Shown one piece after another: positions 1 to 8,315 of a DNA stretch of 33,004 nt. Below the pieces are notes generated by a model. It searched no databases. It was not told the origin of the DNA and saw nothing but the letters and a program-made list of their open reading frames with translations. This stretch comes from a virus (Duplodnaviria; Caudoviricetes): the IMG/VR virus record IMGVR_UViG_3300005804_000102, positions 1 to 33,004 of that record; one strand, given 5' to 3'. The position numbers and the translations under genes were made by a program. Positions within the stretch are counted from its first letter, which is position 1. Every line of letters starts with the position of its first letter.

Positions 1-813
1 TTATGCCAATGCTCTCAAGACAAGATTGATCCTTTCGATCAGGTCGGAGGATAGGCTATCAAAATCTTTGGGCTGAACATAAGGACGCACCACCAGCTTC
101 ACCTTATCTCCCCAATCGGCTACGATCATATCGTAATTTGGGCTTTTCAGAACTCGCTCGTCTGCATCCAGAACTTGGCGGATTACACCTCTTACCCTTT
201 CCAGATCCATCTCGGGGGCGATCATAAAGGGTAGCTCCAATCTGCGGGATCCCAATACGGTAAAGTTTGTGATGATATCACCGGTGATTTTGCCATTGGG
301 GATGATGACTTTCTTGTTTTCCCCGGTCTGAATAATAGTCGAGAAGATCTGGATATCCAGCACTGTGCCTGCTACGGCGCCAATCTGAACGCCATCTCCC
401 ACATTGTAAGGCCTGAAGATGATCAGGAGTACGCCTGAGGCAAGATTGCCCAGGGAACCCTGCAATGCCAGACCGATTGCCAAACCGGCAGCACCAAAGA
501 TCGCCAGGAAGGAAGTGGTTTCCACGCCCAATTTATTGATTGTGGCTATCACCACAAAGACCATCACCACCGCATTTACCATACTGGAGAGGAATTTGGC
601 GAGAGTCTCGCCCTTTCCGCTGCGGCTCATTCCCTTGTAAACTGCTTTTGAGACGAGTTTGGCAAGGTATTGACCTACTAAAAAGATGACTAGTGCGGCA
701 AGCACTTTCAAGCCATACAACGAGATCAAATCCACAATTTTATCGGCTAAACCCGCTGTTTCTTTCACGGTTGCCGCGATGGGATTGGCCTGAGCCAGAA
801 TCATCTGAAACAT
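1..813 (-). CDS. mscS: Small-conductance mechanosensitive channel (host gene)
   Basis: Three hydrophobic segments, TM3 signature GAAGLAIGLALQGSLGNLASG, then RPYNVGD and IIPNG motifs. Start placed at ATG 813; the ORF track extends to 849. Confidence 0.92.
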   Translation of the reverse strand: MFQMILAQANPIAATVKETAGLADKIVDLISLYGLKVLAALVIFLVGQYLAKLVSKAVYKGMSRSGKGETLAKFLSSMVNAVVMVFVVIATINKLGVETTSFLAIFGAAGLAIGLALQGSLGNLASGVLLIIFRPYNVGDGVQIGAVAGTVLDIQIFSTIIQTGENKKVIIPNGKITGDIITNFTVLGSRRLELPFMIAPEMDLERVRGVIRQVLDADERVLKSPNYDMIVADWGDKVKLVVRPYVQPKDFDSLSSDLIERINLVLRALA

Positions 814-924
814 ACTAAGCTCCTTGTTTAGTTTTATAGATATAAGCAAAATATAGTCAAGATTGCACTTCTGCCCAAATCTTTAATTTATGAGCTGCTG
901 CATCCTCTCTTAGCAGATTAGATG

Positions 925-999
925 ATATCAAGAGCAGATCAAGAGCAAATCACCTCGAACCACGTTCGAGGTGATTTCGACTTGATTTGCTGGTGATAT
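925..999. repeat. Long imperfect intergenic palindrome (REP-like or regulatory hairpin)
   Basis: Perfect 14-bp stem AAATCACCTCGAAC (947-960), loop CAC, GTTCGAGGTGATTT (964-977). It is extended by AGCAGATCAAG/CTTGATTTGCT and ATATCA/TGATAT. Confidence 0.75.
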
Positions 1000-1134
1000 G
1001 CTTTAGACCTCCGGGAAGATAGCCGGGGAGATATGCTTTTTCAGGGAGTAAAGGAGGATTCTTTTACCACATAGAAAGCAGGATAAAGCGGAGAACAGCA
1101 GAGAAGGGGGACGGGTGGGGGATGTGGGTGCATC

Positions 1135-1475
1135 TATAAACCCTCACTGAAAACTTCAAATCCAATCACCAAAACTTCAAATGTCCAAGTCCGAAAGATG
1201 ATGAGCCATACGAGTTGGATGTCCTAACAATGCTAACTTCTTTCTGATCATCATATTGTGTTTATAGCATTGGATTCGGCAATACTATAGGGAATGTCCA
1301 AGTGCTTCTATAAATGGTGGTAGATTTGAAGTTTTGGTGATAAAACTGGGTTTCTTGACATAGGAAAGTCCAAGACCAACTAAACATGTGTGCATGTCAT
1401 ATCTTACTTTCCTGTAATGTGATATCATCTGTTGTCCAAGTGAGAACGATTTGAAGTTTTCGGTGAGGGTTTATA
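1135..1475. mobile_element. 341-bp non-autonomous MITE/mini-Mu-like element with 28-bp terminal inverted repeats
   Basis: TATAAACCCTCACTGAAAACTTCAAATC (1135-1162) matches the reverse complement of 1448-1475 at 27/28. Internal copies of TCACCAAAACTTCAAAT lie at 1166-1182 (direct) and 1324-1340 (inverted). No ORF inside. Confidence 0.8.
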
Positions 1476-1698
1476 TGGTCATTAAGAGCGATCTAAGCTG
1501 GGAAAATGCTGATGGCAAAATTGCAGTTGTAAGGACTGACGATGGTCTCACCATCAAGAAGGTGCAGATCGACCACCACAGGCAACAGATTATCCTCCAA
1601 CCATTTAATATAGACTATCCGGTTCTGGTTTTAGACTCAGATGGAATTACGGAGCTTTCCTAATAGGCACAATCGCACTCCAATTGCGCTTTTTCTAA
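1476..1698 (+). pseudogene. Truncated, frameshifted C-terminal fragment of an S24-family phage repressor, paralogous to 2075-2803
   Basis: VIKSDLSWENADGKIAVVRTDDGLTIKKVQID...LQPFN aligns with LIKKQITWEGTDGKICAVRYETGITLKRIQYD...LQPLN. The tail LIGTIALQLRFF* (1660-1698, shifted frame) matches MIGPLALQLRLY*. The 5' part is cut at the inverted repeat. Confidence 0.85.
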
Positions 1699-1864
1699 TT
1701 TGCTAAAATAAAATTTTTAACTGCTCTTTCCAAAGCCTGTCCAAACGCCTCGCTAGTTTGCATTAATAGTGTCAGCAAACAGTCCAAAAACGTCCAAATA
1801 GGCGCTTGGACATTTTCAAAGCCAGTCCATCGCAACTAACCACCAATTAAAGCCTTATCCCCAC

Positions 1865-1892
1865 TATAAGTTCTCACCCAAACCTTCAAACC
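1865..1892 (+). repeat. Putative left end (transposase-binding terminus) of the prophage
   Basis: TATAAGTTCTCACCCAAACCTTCAAACC is 21/28 identical to the terminal repeat at 1135-1162 and lies ~200 bp beyond the repressor stop, as in Mu. Confidence 0.65.
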
Positions 1893-2074
1893 GATATCAC
1901 GTGTCACAGAGGGCTTAAAGGTTTATAGGTTGGGGAGATAGATAGGACTGGCTTTAGACTGTGTCACAGTGGTCTTTGGACGTTTCTGGACGCTTCGGTA
2001 TCACGATTCCTTCAATTTTGCCCTCATTTTAGGGTATTTTCAGAACATCAGATTTTCTGAAATGGTTTGCGAAT

Positions 2075-2803
2075 TTAATAGAGCCGTAACTGAAGTGCCA
2101 GGGGTCCGATCATCGTTAACCACTGACTCTGATCAGCGTCTATAAACTCGATCCGAAAGTCTTTATTGAGGGGTTGGAGGGCAATTCCCTTGCGAGCCTC
2201 ATCATACTGTATCCTTTTCAAGGTAATGCCTGTCTCGTATCTGACGGCACAGATCTTCCCGTCAGTTCCCTCCCAGGTGATCTGCTTTTTGATGAGGACA
2301 ATATCCCCGTGCAAGATCTGAGGCTCCATGCTCTGTCCATTGATTCGGAAGGCCACGTAGTTATCCGTACCGAAGGGAATGTAGCGAGTGGGGACTTCGA
2401 CTGATTCCGCTGGCTCGATACCCTCTGGAACTTCCATGGGTGATCCGGCGGCTATTTCCGCCACGATCGGGAAGATTGAAGTCCGCACGTAAGTGGTATC
2501 AAAATCATTAACTAAGACCGGTTTGCCATCCACAATCTGGACTTTCTTAGTAGTTCTGATATCATCTCCAAGCTCCCAGGGAGCCAAGATGAACATCGAG
2601 CCTTCACCCCTCAATAACCAATTTACATTCACTCCGGCATCGATCAATCTGGCCATGAATTGAGGGTCAGGAAACCTCTCATTATTCTTGTAGCGGTCCA
2701 AAGAATTAGCCGAAATGCCAAACTTTTCTGTAAACTGGTACTGCTTCAGTTTCATTGCTTTAATCAGCATTCCCAGTCTGCTGCCGACGTCATTGGGGTC
2801 CAT
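2075..2803 (-). CDS. CI/LexA-like phage repressor (XRE HTH + peptidase S24)
   Basis: N-terminal HTH, AAG cleavage-site context (EIAAGSP), catalytic Ser motif GQSMEP and Lys motif TLKR. ATG 2803 follows AGGAGG; the ORF track start is 2863. Confidence 0.92.
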   Translation of the reverse strand: MDPNDVGSRLGMLIKAMKLKQYQFTEKFGISANSLDRYKNNERFPDPQFMARLIDAGVNVNWLLRGEGSMFILAPWELGDDIRTTKKVQIVDGKPVLVNDFDTTYVRTSIFPIVAEIAAGSPMEVPEGIEPAESVEVPTRYIPFGTDNYVAFRINGQSMEPQILHGDIVLIKKQITWEGTDGKICAVRYETGITLKRIQYDEARKGIALQPLNKDFRIEFIDADQSQWLTMIGPLALQLRLY

Positions 2804-2866
2804 TATTCCTCCTAAAAGGTCATTTTTCGCTTGACCTTTTGCCGTATGGGTAAGATTATGCATCCG

Positions 2867-2899
2867 TAGACAAGATAAATTGTCTAATCATTTTGTCAA
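2867..2899 (-). promoter_or_regulatory. Putative repressor promoter with overlapping palindromic operator
   Basis: Minus strand TTGACA (2899-2894), 16 nt, TATCTT (2877-2872). The inverted repeat TAGACAA-N6-TTGTCTA (2867-2886) overlaps the -10. Confidence 0.6.
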
Positions 2900-3097
2900 T
2901 GCATATTTATATAGTTGTGATTCGGCGGCGGATTCTTCCGCTCGTATCAGATAGATTTCAAAGCCTGCCGGAAAGAGCAGAAATGACTTCCCAAGTTATT
3001 GCGATGCAGTTATGTAGCACCCAACAATAACTAAGGGGAGGCGCTTATGAAAGCGACTACTTACGAGCATGGAGAAACTAGGGTCAAGGACGACCTC

Positions 3098-3274
3098 TGT
3101 GACACACTGACCTCTGTGACAGGTGTCACACACCCTTCCAATCGGAGAAAAAAGCCGCCGATGCTGATCAGCAGATATGTTGAACGCTGTGACAGATCGC
3201 CAGACCTGAAAAAGGTCACCACTGTGACAGATTACCCAACCTCTGTGACACGCCACCGGAGTGGAGGTGTCACA
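3098..3274. repeat. Cluster of seven TGTGACA/TGTCACA motifs (candidate operator or transposition enhancer)
   Basis: Copies at 3098, 3115, 3124(inv), 3188, 3223, 3244 and 3268(inv). Also at 1902 and 1962 near the left end. Confidence 0.7.
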
Positions 3275-3316
3275 GTGGTCTTACCTGTAGTTGAAGATTA
3301 TTGGCAGAGGCTGAAC

Positions 3317-3643
3317 ATGAGCAAGAACAAGATTAGGTCAGTCTGGCTGACCGTGGAACGGGCGGCGGAGTTGATGAACTGCTCCACCCGCACCGTATGG
3401 CGCTATATCAAGCGCAACCAGATCGAAGTGCACAAGCATCTGGTCGAGCAGGATGGCTATAAGGTCATGAAGACCTTCCTGCTGACCGAGCCATCCTTAT
3501 ATATAAAGGAGATGGCGGACTGCCAAGCCAGGAAGCTGGTGCCTGCCGGCTTTATTGAGATCACTCTCAAGGTGGATGGCAAAGACCTGCACAGCGCTTT
3601 GATCTACAAATACAGCGAGGAGGACAAGCATGAGCATCTATGA
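3317..3643 (+). CDS. HTH DNA-binding early protein (Ner/Cro-like position)
   Basis: WLTVERAAELMNCSTRTVWRYIK HTH. Start ambiguous: ATG 3317 (GAGG) or in-frame ATG 3047 (GGGGAGG). Confidence 0.75.
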   Translation: MSKNKIRSVWLTVERAAELMNCSTRTVWRYIKRNQIEVHKHLVEQDGYKVMKTFLLTEPSLYIKEMADCQARKLVPAGFIEITLKVDGKDLHSALIYKYSEEDKHEHL

Positions 3644-5693
3644 TGAAATCGATCCCCTGGCCTACGCTGAGCTCTATCAGAGCATCTATCCCGATTGGAA
3701 GGGTAAGCAGGACTTGCTTAACCAGATTGGGAAAGGCCAGGAGATTAAACCTAAGCCGACTCCAGTGCCAGTTCCATCTGTCACACCGACTGAGATCGCC
3801 AAGCCGGATGAGAGTATCGTCCTTGAAGGAGAATTATGCGATCCAAACGATCCTGAGGATGAGTACATCGACTTTACTCCTCAGGAGCGGATACCAGTCA
3901 AATGCGATAACGAAGCCAAGCTAATGGGCTACTTCTGCACCACAGTGCTGGAACGGCTCCAGCATAGCGAGTCCAAAGGCCGGGAGTGGGAAATAATCAC
4001 TGAAGAATACAACAATGGCAGCCTGGCTCCTGAACTCTATGCCCTTAAAGGCAAACGTACTGAGCGGGCCTTACGCATCTGGCTGGGACGCTATGAAGAG
4101 AGCAAGCAGGACATGTATGCCCTCCTGCATGGCAACCGTTATCGGAAGCGGCAACGCAAGATCACCGAACTGGAGGGCAAGGTGCTGCTGGCGATCCTGC
4201 TGCATCCTAACCGAATCAGCATCGGCAGCGCTCTGAAGTTTATGAAAGCCAAAGCCGAATCCGGACTGATCGACTCACCCAGTTCAGTACCAACCCTAAG
4301 AAGATGGGTCGAGGAATGGCGGGATGACAACCTGGCGATGTGGGAACAAGCCAGGCAGGGCAGCAAGTTCGTAGCTGAGCACATCATCAAGACCATCCAT
4401 AGGGATAGCAGACTATTGAGTGTGGGTGAAGTCTGGGTAGCCGATGGGCACGTTCTGGCTTTCGATATCCTCAATCCCAAGACCGGGAAAGCGCAACGCA
4501 TGACCATGATCATGGTCTTCGACTGGGCTTCCAGATATCCGGTGGGAGCCACGCTAGCCTTCACCGAGGACAGCCAGCACATACAGGCTGCCTTCCGTAA
4601 CGGCTTCCTCAACTGGGGAGCGCTCCCCCAGTATGTCTATCTCGATAATGGCAAGGCCTTCAAGAGCAAGCTGTTCCACGAGCAGTGGGAAGGGCATGAC
4701 CTGGCTAAGGAACTGGGTGGCATCTTCCCCAAGTTAGGGATCAAAGCCCAGTTCGCTGAAAGCTACAATGCCAAGGCCAAGATCATCGAGCGGTTCTTCC
4801 GGACCTTTCAGGAGCAGTTCGAACGCTTCATCAGCAGCTTCAGAGGTGCCAATATAGCCGATAAGCCTGCCACTCTGATGCGTAATGAGAAGTGGATCAA
4901 GAAGCTCTATACCTGCGAACCGCCCACCACTGAGGAGGCGATGCAGATGATCGGCTACTATATCAGACATGTATATGGTATCACTCCCCACCGGGGACTG
5001 GATAACCGCAAGCCCTGGGAAGTGTTCAACTCCGCTCCCAAACCCCAGGATAGGCTGGTCAATCCCTCCCGGCTCAACTTCATGATGCTGAGTGTGGAAC
5101 GCAAGGCCATCCGCAACGAGGGCATCGTGCTGAACAAACTGAAGTACTGGCATCCCGCCCTTGTCTTCCACATGGGTAAACCGGTGGTCATCAGATACGA
5201 TCTGGCTGATGCGAGATGGGTGCTGGTCTATGACGAGTCGGATGTATTCATCTGCCAGGCTTCCCTGCGCCAGACCCAGCATCCGTTCATCCAGGCCGAT
5301 ATGCAGAACAGCAAGTCACATAAGGAATACCGCCAGGAATACACTCAAATCAAGAAACTGCAGCGGCTGACCGAACAGCGGACCCGGAGCTTCGTGCGCA
5401 GCAATCAGGAATCGGTGGATAAGCTACTCAAGAGCTACATGAACGAGATCCCGGCCGATAACAACCCCACCTTCCTTCAAGCACCCATGATCGAAGCTCC
5501 CGCCCCGGGACCTGAAGAGGAGATCGCCAGGCTGGAGCAGATAGTAATCGAACAGGAACAGGCTATGGCTGCCAGCCAAGCTGAACAGACCAACAACGAT
5601 CAAAATCAAGCTGTTATCGAGGGATCAAGCGAGTTCGACCCCTTCGACGATGAGGAGTTCAAGAAAATGCTCAAGACGATCGGAATTAAATAA
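3630..5693 (+). CDS. MuA-like DDE transposase
   Basis: Catalytic triad contexts WVADGH, YLDNGKAF and KAKIIERFF. Mu transposase C-terminal-like region (GIVLNKLKY...VVIRYD). Followed by an ATPase gene. Confidence 0.95.
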   Translation: MSIYDEIDPLAYAELYQSIYPDWKGKQDLLNQIGKGQEIKPKPTPVPVPSVTPTEIAKPDESIVLEGELCDPNDPEDEYIDFTPQERIPVKCDNEAKLMGYFCTTVLERLQHSESKGREWEIITEEYNNGSLAPELYALKGKRTERALRIWLGRYEESKQDMYALLHGNRYRKRQRKITELEGKVLLAILLHPNRISIGSALKFMKAKAESGLIDSPSSVPTLRRWVEEWRDDNLAMWEQARQGSKFVAEHIIKTIHRDSRLLSVGEVWVADGHVLAFDILNPKTGKAQRMTMIMVFDWASRYPVGATLAFTEDSQHIQAAFRNGFLNWGALPQYVYLDNGKAFKSKLFHEQWEGHDLAKELGGIFPKLGIKAQFAESYNAKAKIIERFFRTFQEQFERFISSFRGANIADKPATLMRNEKWIKKLYTCEPPTTEEAMQMIGYYIRHVYGITPHRGLDNRKPWEVFNSAPKPQDRLVNPSRLNFMMLSVERKAIRNEGIVLNKLKYWHPALVFHMGKPVVIRYDLADARWVLVYDESDVFICQASLRQTQHPFIQADMQNSKSHKEYRQEYTQIKKLQRLTEQRTRSFVRSNQESVDKLLKSYMNEIPADNNPTFLQAPMIEAPAPGPEEEIARLEQIVIEQEQAMAASQAEQTNNDQNQAVIEGSSEFDPFDDEEFKKMLKTIGIK

Positions 5694-5703
5694 GGAGGAT
5701 TAG

Positions 5704-6423
5704 ATGAAGCAAGGAAAACTTGTCCCGATCCACAACGTCCAGAAAGCCAATGAGTGCATCGACTTCCTACTCAAGCGTCCCCGCCTGGAGATGGTGGGAC
5801 TGGGTATGCTGTATGGCAGACCCGGCCTCGGTAAGACCACTTATGCCAGGCGCATAGCCTGTACTCGTGGCTACGTGTATATCAGACTGGAAGCCACGAC
5901 CACACCCAAGACCTTCGCCAAAGAACTGCTGCAGAGCCTCTACCTTAACTTCGGGATGGGCGACTATCTGCCAGTCGGACCCTGTAACACCCTCTACAAG
6001 CAATGCATCCGGCTCCTGCATACACATGAGGATACGGTCATCATCATCGATGAGATCGACTATGCCTTCCGCTATCACGAACTGCTCGGTTCGATTCGTG
6101 ACTTGGTGGATCAAACTCTGTCAGTGGTGATCCTGGTGGGCATGCAGAATGCCAAGGACAGACTCAACCAGATCAACGCCTACTACTTTGACCGCTGCAA
6201 CTACTTCTACGAGTTCGAGACTATCAGCAAGGATGACATCCAGTTGCTGACCCAAGAGATGATGAACTGCCCCTGCCCGGAGTCTCTGGTCAACTACATC
6301 CACTTCAATGCTGCCGGGAACCTGAGGAAAGCCATCAAGATCATGCACATGATCGAGCTTCGCAGCAAGATGAACCCCATCCAGGCCATGAACGAGATCA
6401 ACACTAAACTGGGGGCACTATGA
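5704..6423 (+). CDS. MuB-like AAA+ transposition ATPase
   Basis: Walker A GRPGLGKT, Walker B IIIDEID, GNLR sensor. AGGAGG RBS, directly after the transposase. Confidence 0.93.
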   Translation: MKQGKLVPIHNVQKANECIDFLLKRPRLEMVGLGMLYGRPGLGKTTYARRIACTRGYVYIRLEATTTPKTFAKELLQSLYLNFGMGDYLPVGPCNTLYKQCIRLLHTHEDTVIIIDEIDYAFRYHELLGSIRDLVDQTLSVVILVGMQNAKDRLNQINAYYFDRCNYFYEFETISKDDIQLLTQEMMNCPCPESLVNYIHFNAAGNLRKAIKIMHMIELRSKMNPIQAMNEINTKLGAL

Positions 6424-6950
6424 CTTCCAAAGACCTGGTCATCCGCTTCGTCGCCTCCAGCAGAAACTTCTTTGTGATAGAGCAGATCATGGAATGTACA
6501 GGTCTGTCCCGGCGAGTCATCAAGCGTGTATTAAATGAACTGGTGGCTGAAAACTGTGTTCGCCAGATCTCGAAACGTGATCCCGTCTATAGCCGGGACT
6601 ACGAGCACACAGCCAGAATCAGCACCATCCACTGCACTGATTGGGCTTATAGCATTGAAGACTGCGAGAAGCTTATGTGGGCACTGGAGGATTGTTACAT
6701 CAGATCTATCAGAGCAATTGCCGCTAAAATCGGGAGAAGCCGACAGTGGGTCTTCAAGTATCTGGAGGCTCTGATCTCGGTGGATGCCGTCGGTATCAGA
6801 AAGGCCGGATACTATGTAACCTGCTACGAGAACATGCACAAGGTGGGCACTGTAATCACCAAAGGTATCATCAAGCAGAAGCGCTTGGAATGCGGTATCA
6901 AACGCACTCCTAACCGTAAGAAAAAAACCAAATCTACTAACCACAAGTAA
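6420..6950 (+). CDS. Hypothetical DNA-binding protein with two winged-HTH-like segments
   Basis: IEQIMECTGLSRRVIKRVLNEL and IRAIAAKIGRSRQWVFKYLEAL. ATGA overlap with the upstream gene. Confidence 0.7.
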   Translation: MTSKDLVIRFVASSRNFFVIEQIMECTGLSRRVIKRVLNELVAENCVRQISKRDPVYSRDYEHTARISTIHCTDWAYSIEDCEKLMWALEDCYIRSIRAIAAKIGRSRQWVFKYLEALISVDAVGIRKAGYYVTCYENMHKVGTVITKGIIKQKRLECGIKRTPNRKKKTKSTNHK

Positions 6951-6966
6951 AAAGCGAGGGCATTCT

Positions 6967-7416
6967 ATGACTCAGGAACAGCGAGAACGCAAACTACGTC
7001 AACAGATACATGGCCTTCGGGTCAAGAAATTTCACTGGCCTCTTGAAGCCTTCAGGTTCATCATCAAGGGTCTGGGCTATGGCGAGTCTCTCAGAGCCTT
7101 GCCGGAGGAGCGCTTAACTGAGTTGAAGGCACTCCTGCTTAAGTACCGTAAGCATGGCAGACCCCAGATCTTTAGCTTCGACCGCCAGGGCAAGTATATG
7201 TTCTATCTCATGAAGACTGCAGACTGGACCGAATCCCAGCTACGTGAATTTACCATCCAACACTATTCTAAAAGCCACTGGAACCTACTCAACAAGAAGG
7301 AGCGCAGAGCGGTTATAGCTATGTTACAGAACTACATCAAAAAGAATGAAAAGAACACCAAAAAAACAACCAAGAAGGAGACATCTAATGGACACACCCA
7401 AGACCCCCAAGGCTAA
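6967..7416 (+). CDS. Mu GemA/gp16-like (DUF1018-like) protein
   Basis: Basic 149-aa protein with a QIH...SL..L...L..L pattern in the Mu semi-essential region. Family call is inference. Confidence 0.55.
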   Translation: MTQEQRERKLRQQIHGLRVKKFHWPLEAFRFIIKGLGYGESLRALPEERLTELKALLLKYRKHGRPQIFSFDRQGKYMFYLMKTADWTESQLREFTIQHYSKSHWNLLNKKERRAVIAMLQNYIKKNEKNTKKTTKKETSNGHTQDPQG

Positions 7417-8008
7417 GAAGCCCATTCCCACCAGAGTTGACGCTAACGGACAGAGCATCCCGGTCTCGATCATCAGGCCGGAGATCCTCAAGCAGGACTC
7501 CATCGTAACCAAGACCATCAACCGGGCAATCAAACTGCATGACCGCATGGTCGCAGACAAGAACCAGTTCTTTGAAGACGTGGAGCTTTATCTGCAGCAG
7601 GTAGCCGAGAAGAACGGACTCGATTGGAAGGGCAATGCCGTCCTCAACAGCTTTGACGGCAAGTACAGGGTCGAGATCAGGTTCAAGGAACGCATCCAGT
7701 TCGGCATCGAACTTCAACTCGCCAAGCAGAAGATCGATGAGTGCCTGAAAGCCTGGTCTGCTGACTCTAACGTTAACCTCCGAGCCATCATTGGCGAAGC
7801 CTTCCAGGTGGATAAGAAAGGTGAGATCGCCAAGTATCGCATCCTGCGCCTGCGCCGCTACAACATCAAGGATCAAACCTGGAAGGAAGCTATGGAACTG
7901 ATCGACCAGGCTATTCAAGTGGTATCCACCAAGCAGTACATCAACTTCTATGAACGTGACGAGTCCGGCCAGTTCCGCCAGATCGTCCTCAACTTCCCTG
8001 CCCTTTGA
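7388..8008 (+). CDS. DUF3164-family Mu-like phage protein
   Basis: KGN..L.SFDG, LQLAKQKIDECL..W, AFQVDKKG, W..AM..I and YINFYER motifs. ATG 7388 follows AAGGAG. Confidence 0.8.
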   Translation: MDTPKTPKAKKPIPTRVDANGQSIPVSIIRPEILKQDSIVTKTINRAIKLHDRMVADKNQFFEDVELYLQQVAEKNGLDWKGNAVLNSFDGKYRVEIRFKERIQFGIELQLAKQKIDECLKAWSADSNVNLRAIIGEAFQVDKKGEIAKYRILRLRRYNIKDQTWKEAMELIDQAIQVVSTKQYINFYERDESGQFRQIVLNFPAL

Positions 8009-8063
8009 GAAACAGTGGCAGCGTAATGCATCTCAATTTGATAAGAACACAGGAGAATGAATA

Positions 8064-8315
8064 ATGGCACCTATGAATACCAACACTGCAGAGGAACTGA
8101 ATACGATGAGCATCTTCAATGATGAACGCACATACCGCACCGATGAGATAGCCGATATCCTCAAGGTCGACCGCTCCAGCGTCTACCGCTGGATACGTGA
8201 CATCGGCGATCCTCTGCCTGCTTTCAGAACTAAAGAAAACGGACAGCTGCGCTGCTCCGGTAAAGACCTCAACCTCTATCTGCTGAAGCACAAGGTACGC
8301 CCCGAGTATGAGTAA
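8064..8315 (+). CDS. Small excisionase-like HTH protein (possible late regulator)
   Basis: YRTDEIADILKVDRSSVYRWI...LPAFR. Exact start uncertain (several Met). Confidence 0.8.
   Translation: MAPMNTNTAEELNTMSIFNDERTYRTDEIADILKVDRSSVYRWIRDIGDPLPAFRTKENGQLRCSGKDLNLYLLKHKVRPEYE

Noticed and set aside
925-999. Integron attC site or terminator
   Set aside because: No RYYYAAC/GTTRRRY ends, no integrase, no U-tract.
1451-1663. 70-aa ORF as an intact gene
   Set aside because: Its start lies inside the terminal inverted repeat and its true C-terminus is in another frame, so it is a repressor pseudogene fragment.
2921-2972. Structured RNA or riboswitch in the early leader
   Set aside because: Only a 5-bp hairpin (GCGGA-TTCT-TCCGC) and loose outer pairing; insufficient support.
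3098-3274. CRISPR or mini-array
   Set aside because: Repeats are only 7-10 bp, irregularly spaced and in both orientations; no cas genes.
3630-6423. IS21 or Tn7/CAST transposon
   Set aside because: The transposase-ATPase pair is embedded in a phage gene set; no TnsA, TniQ or Cas genes.
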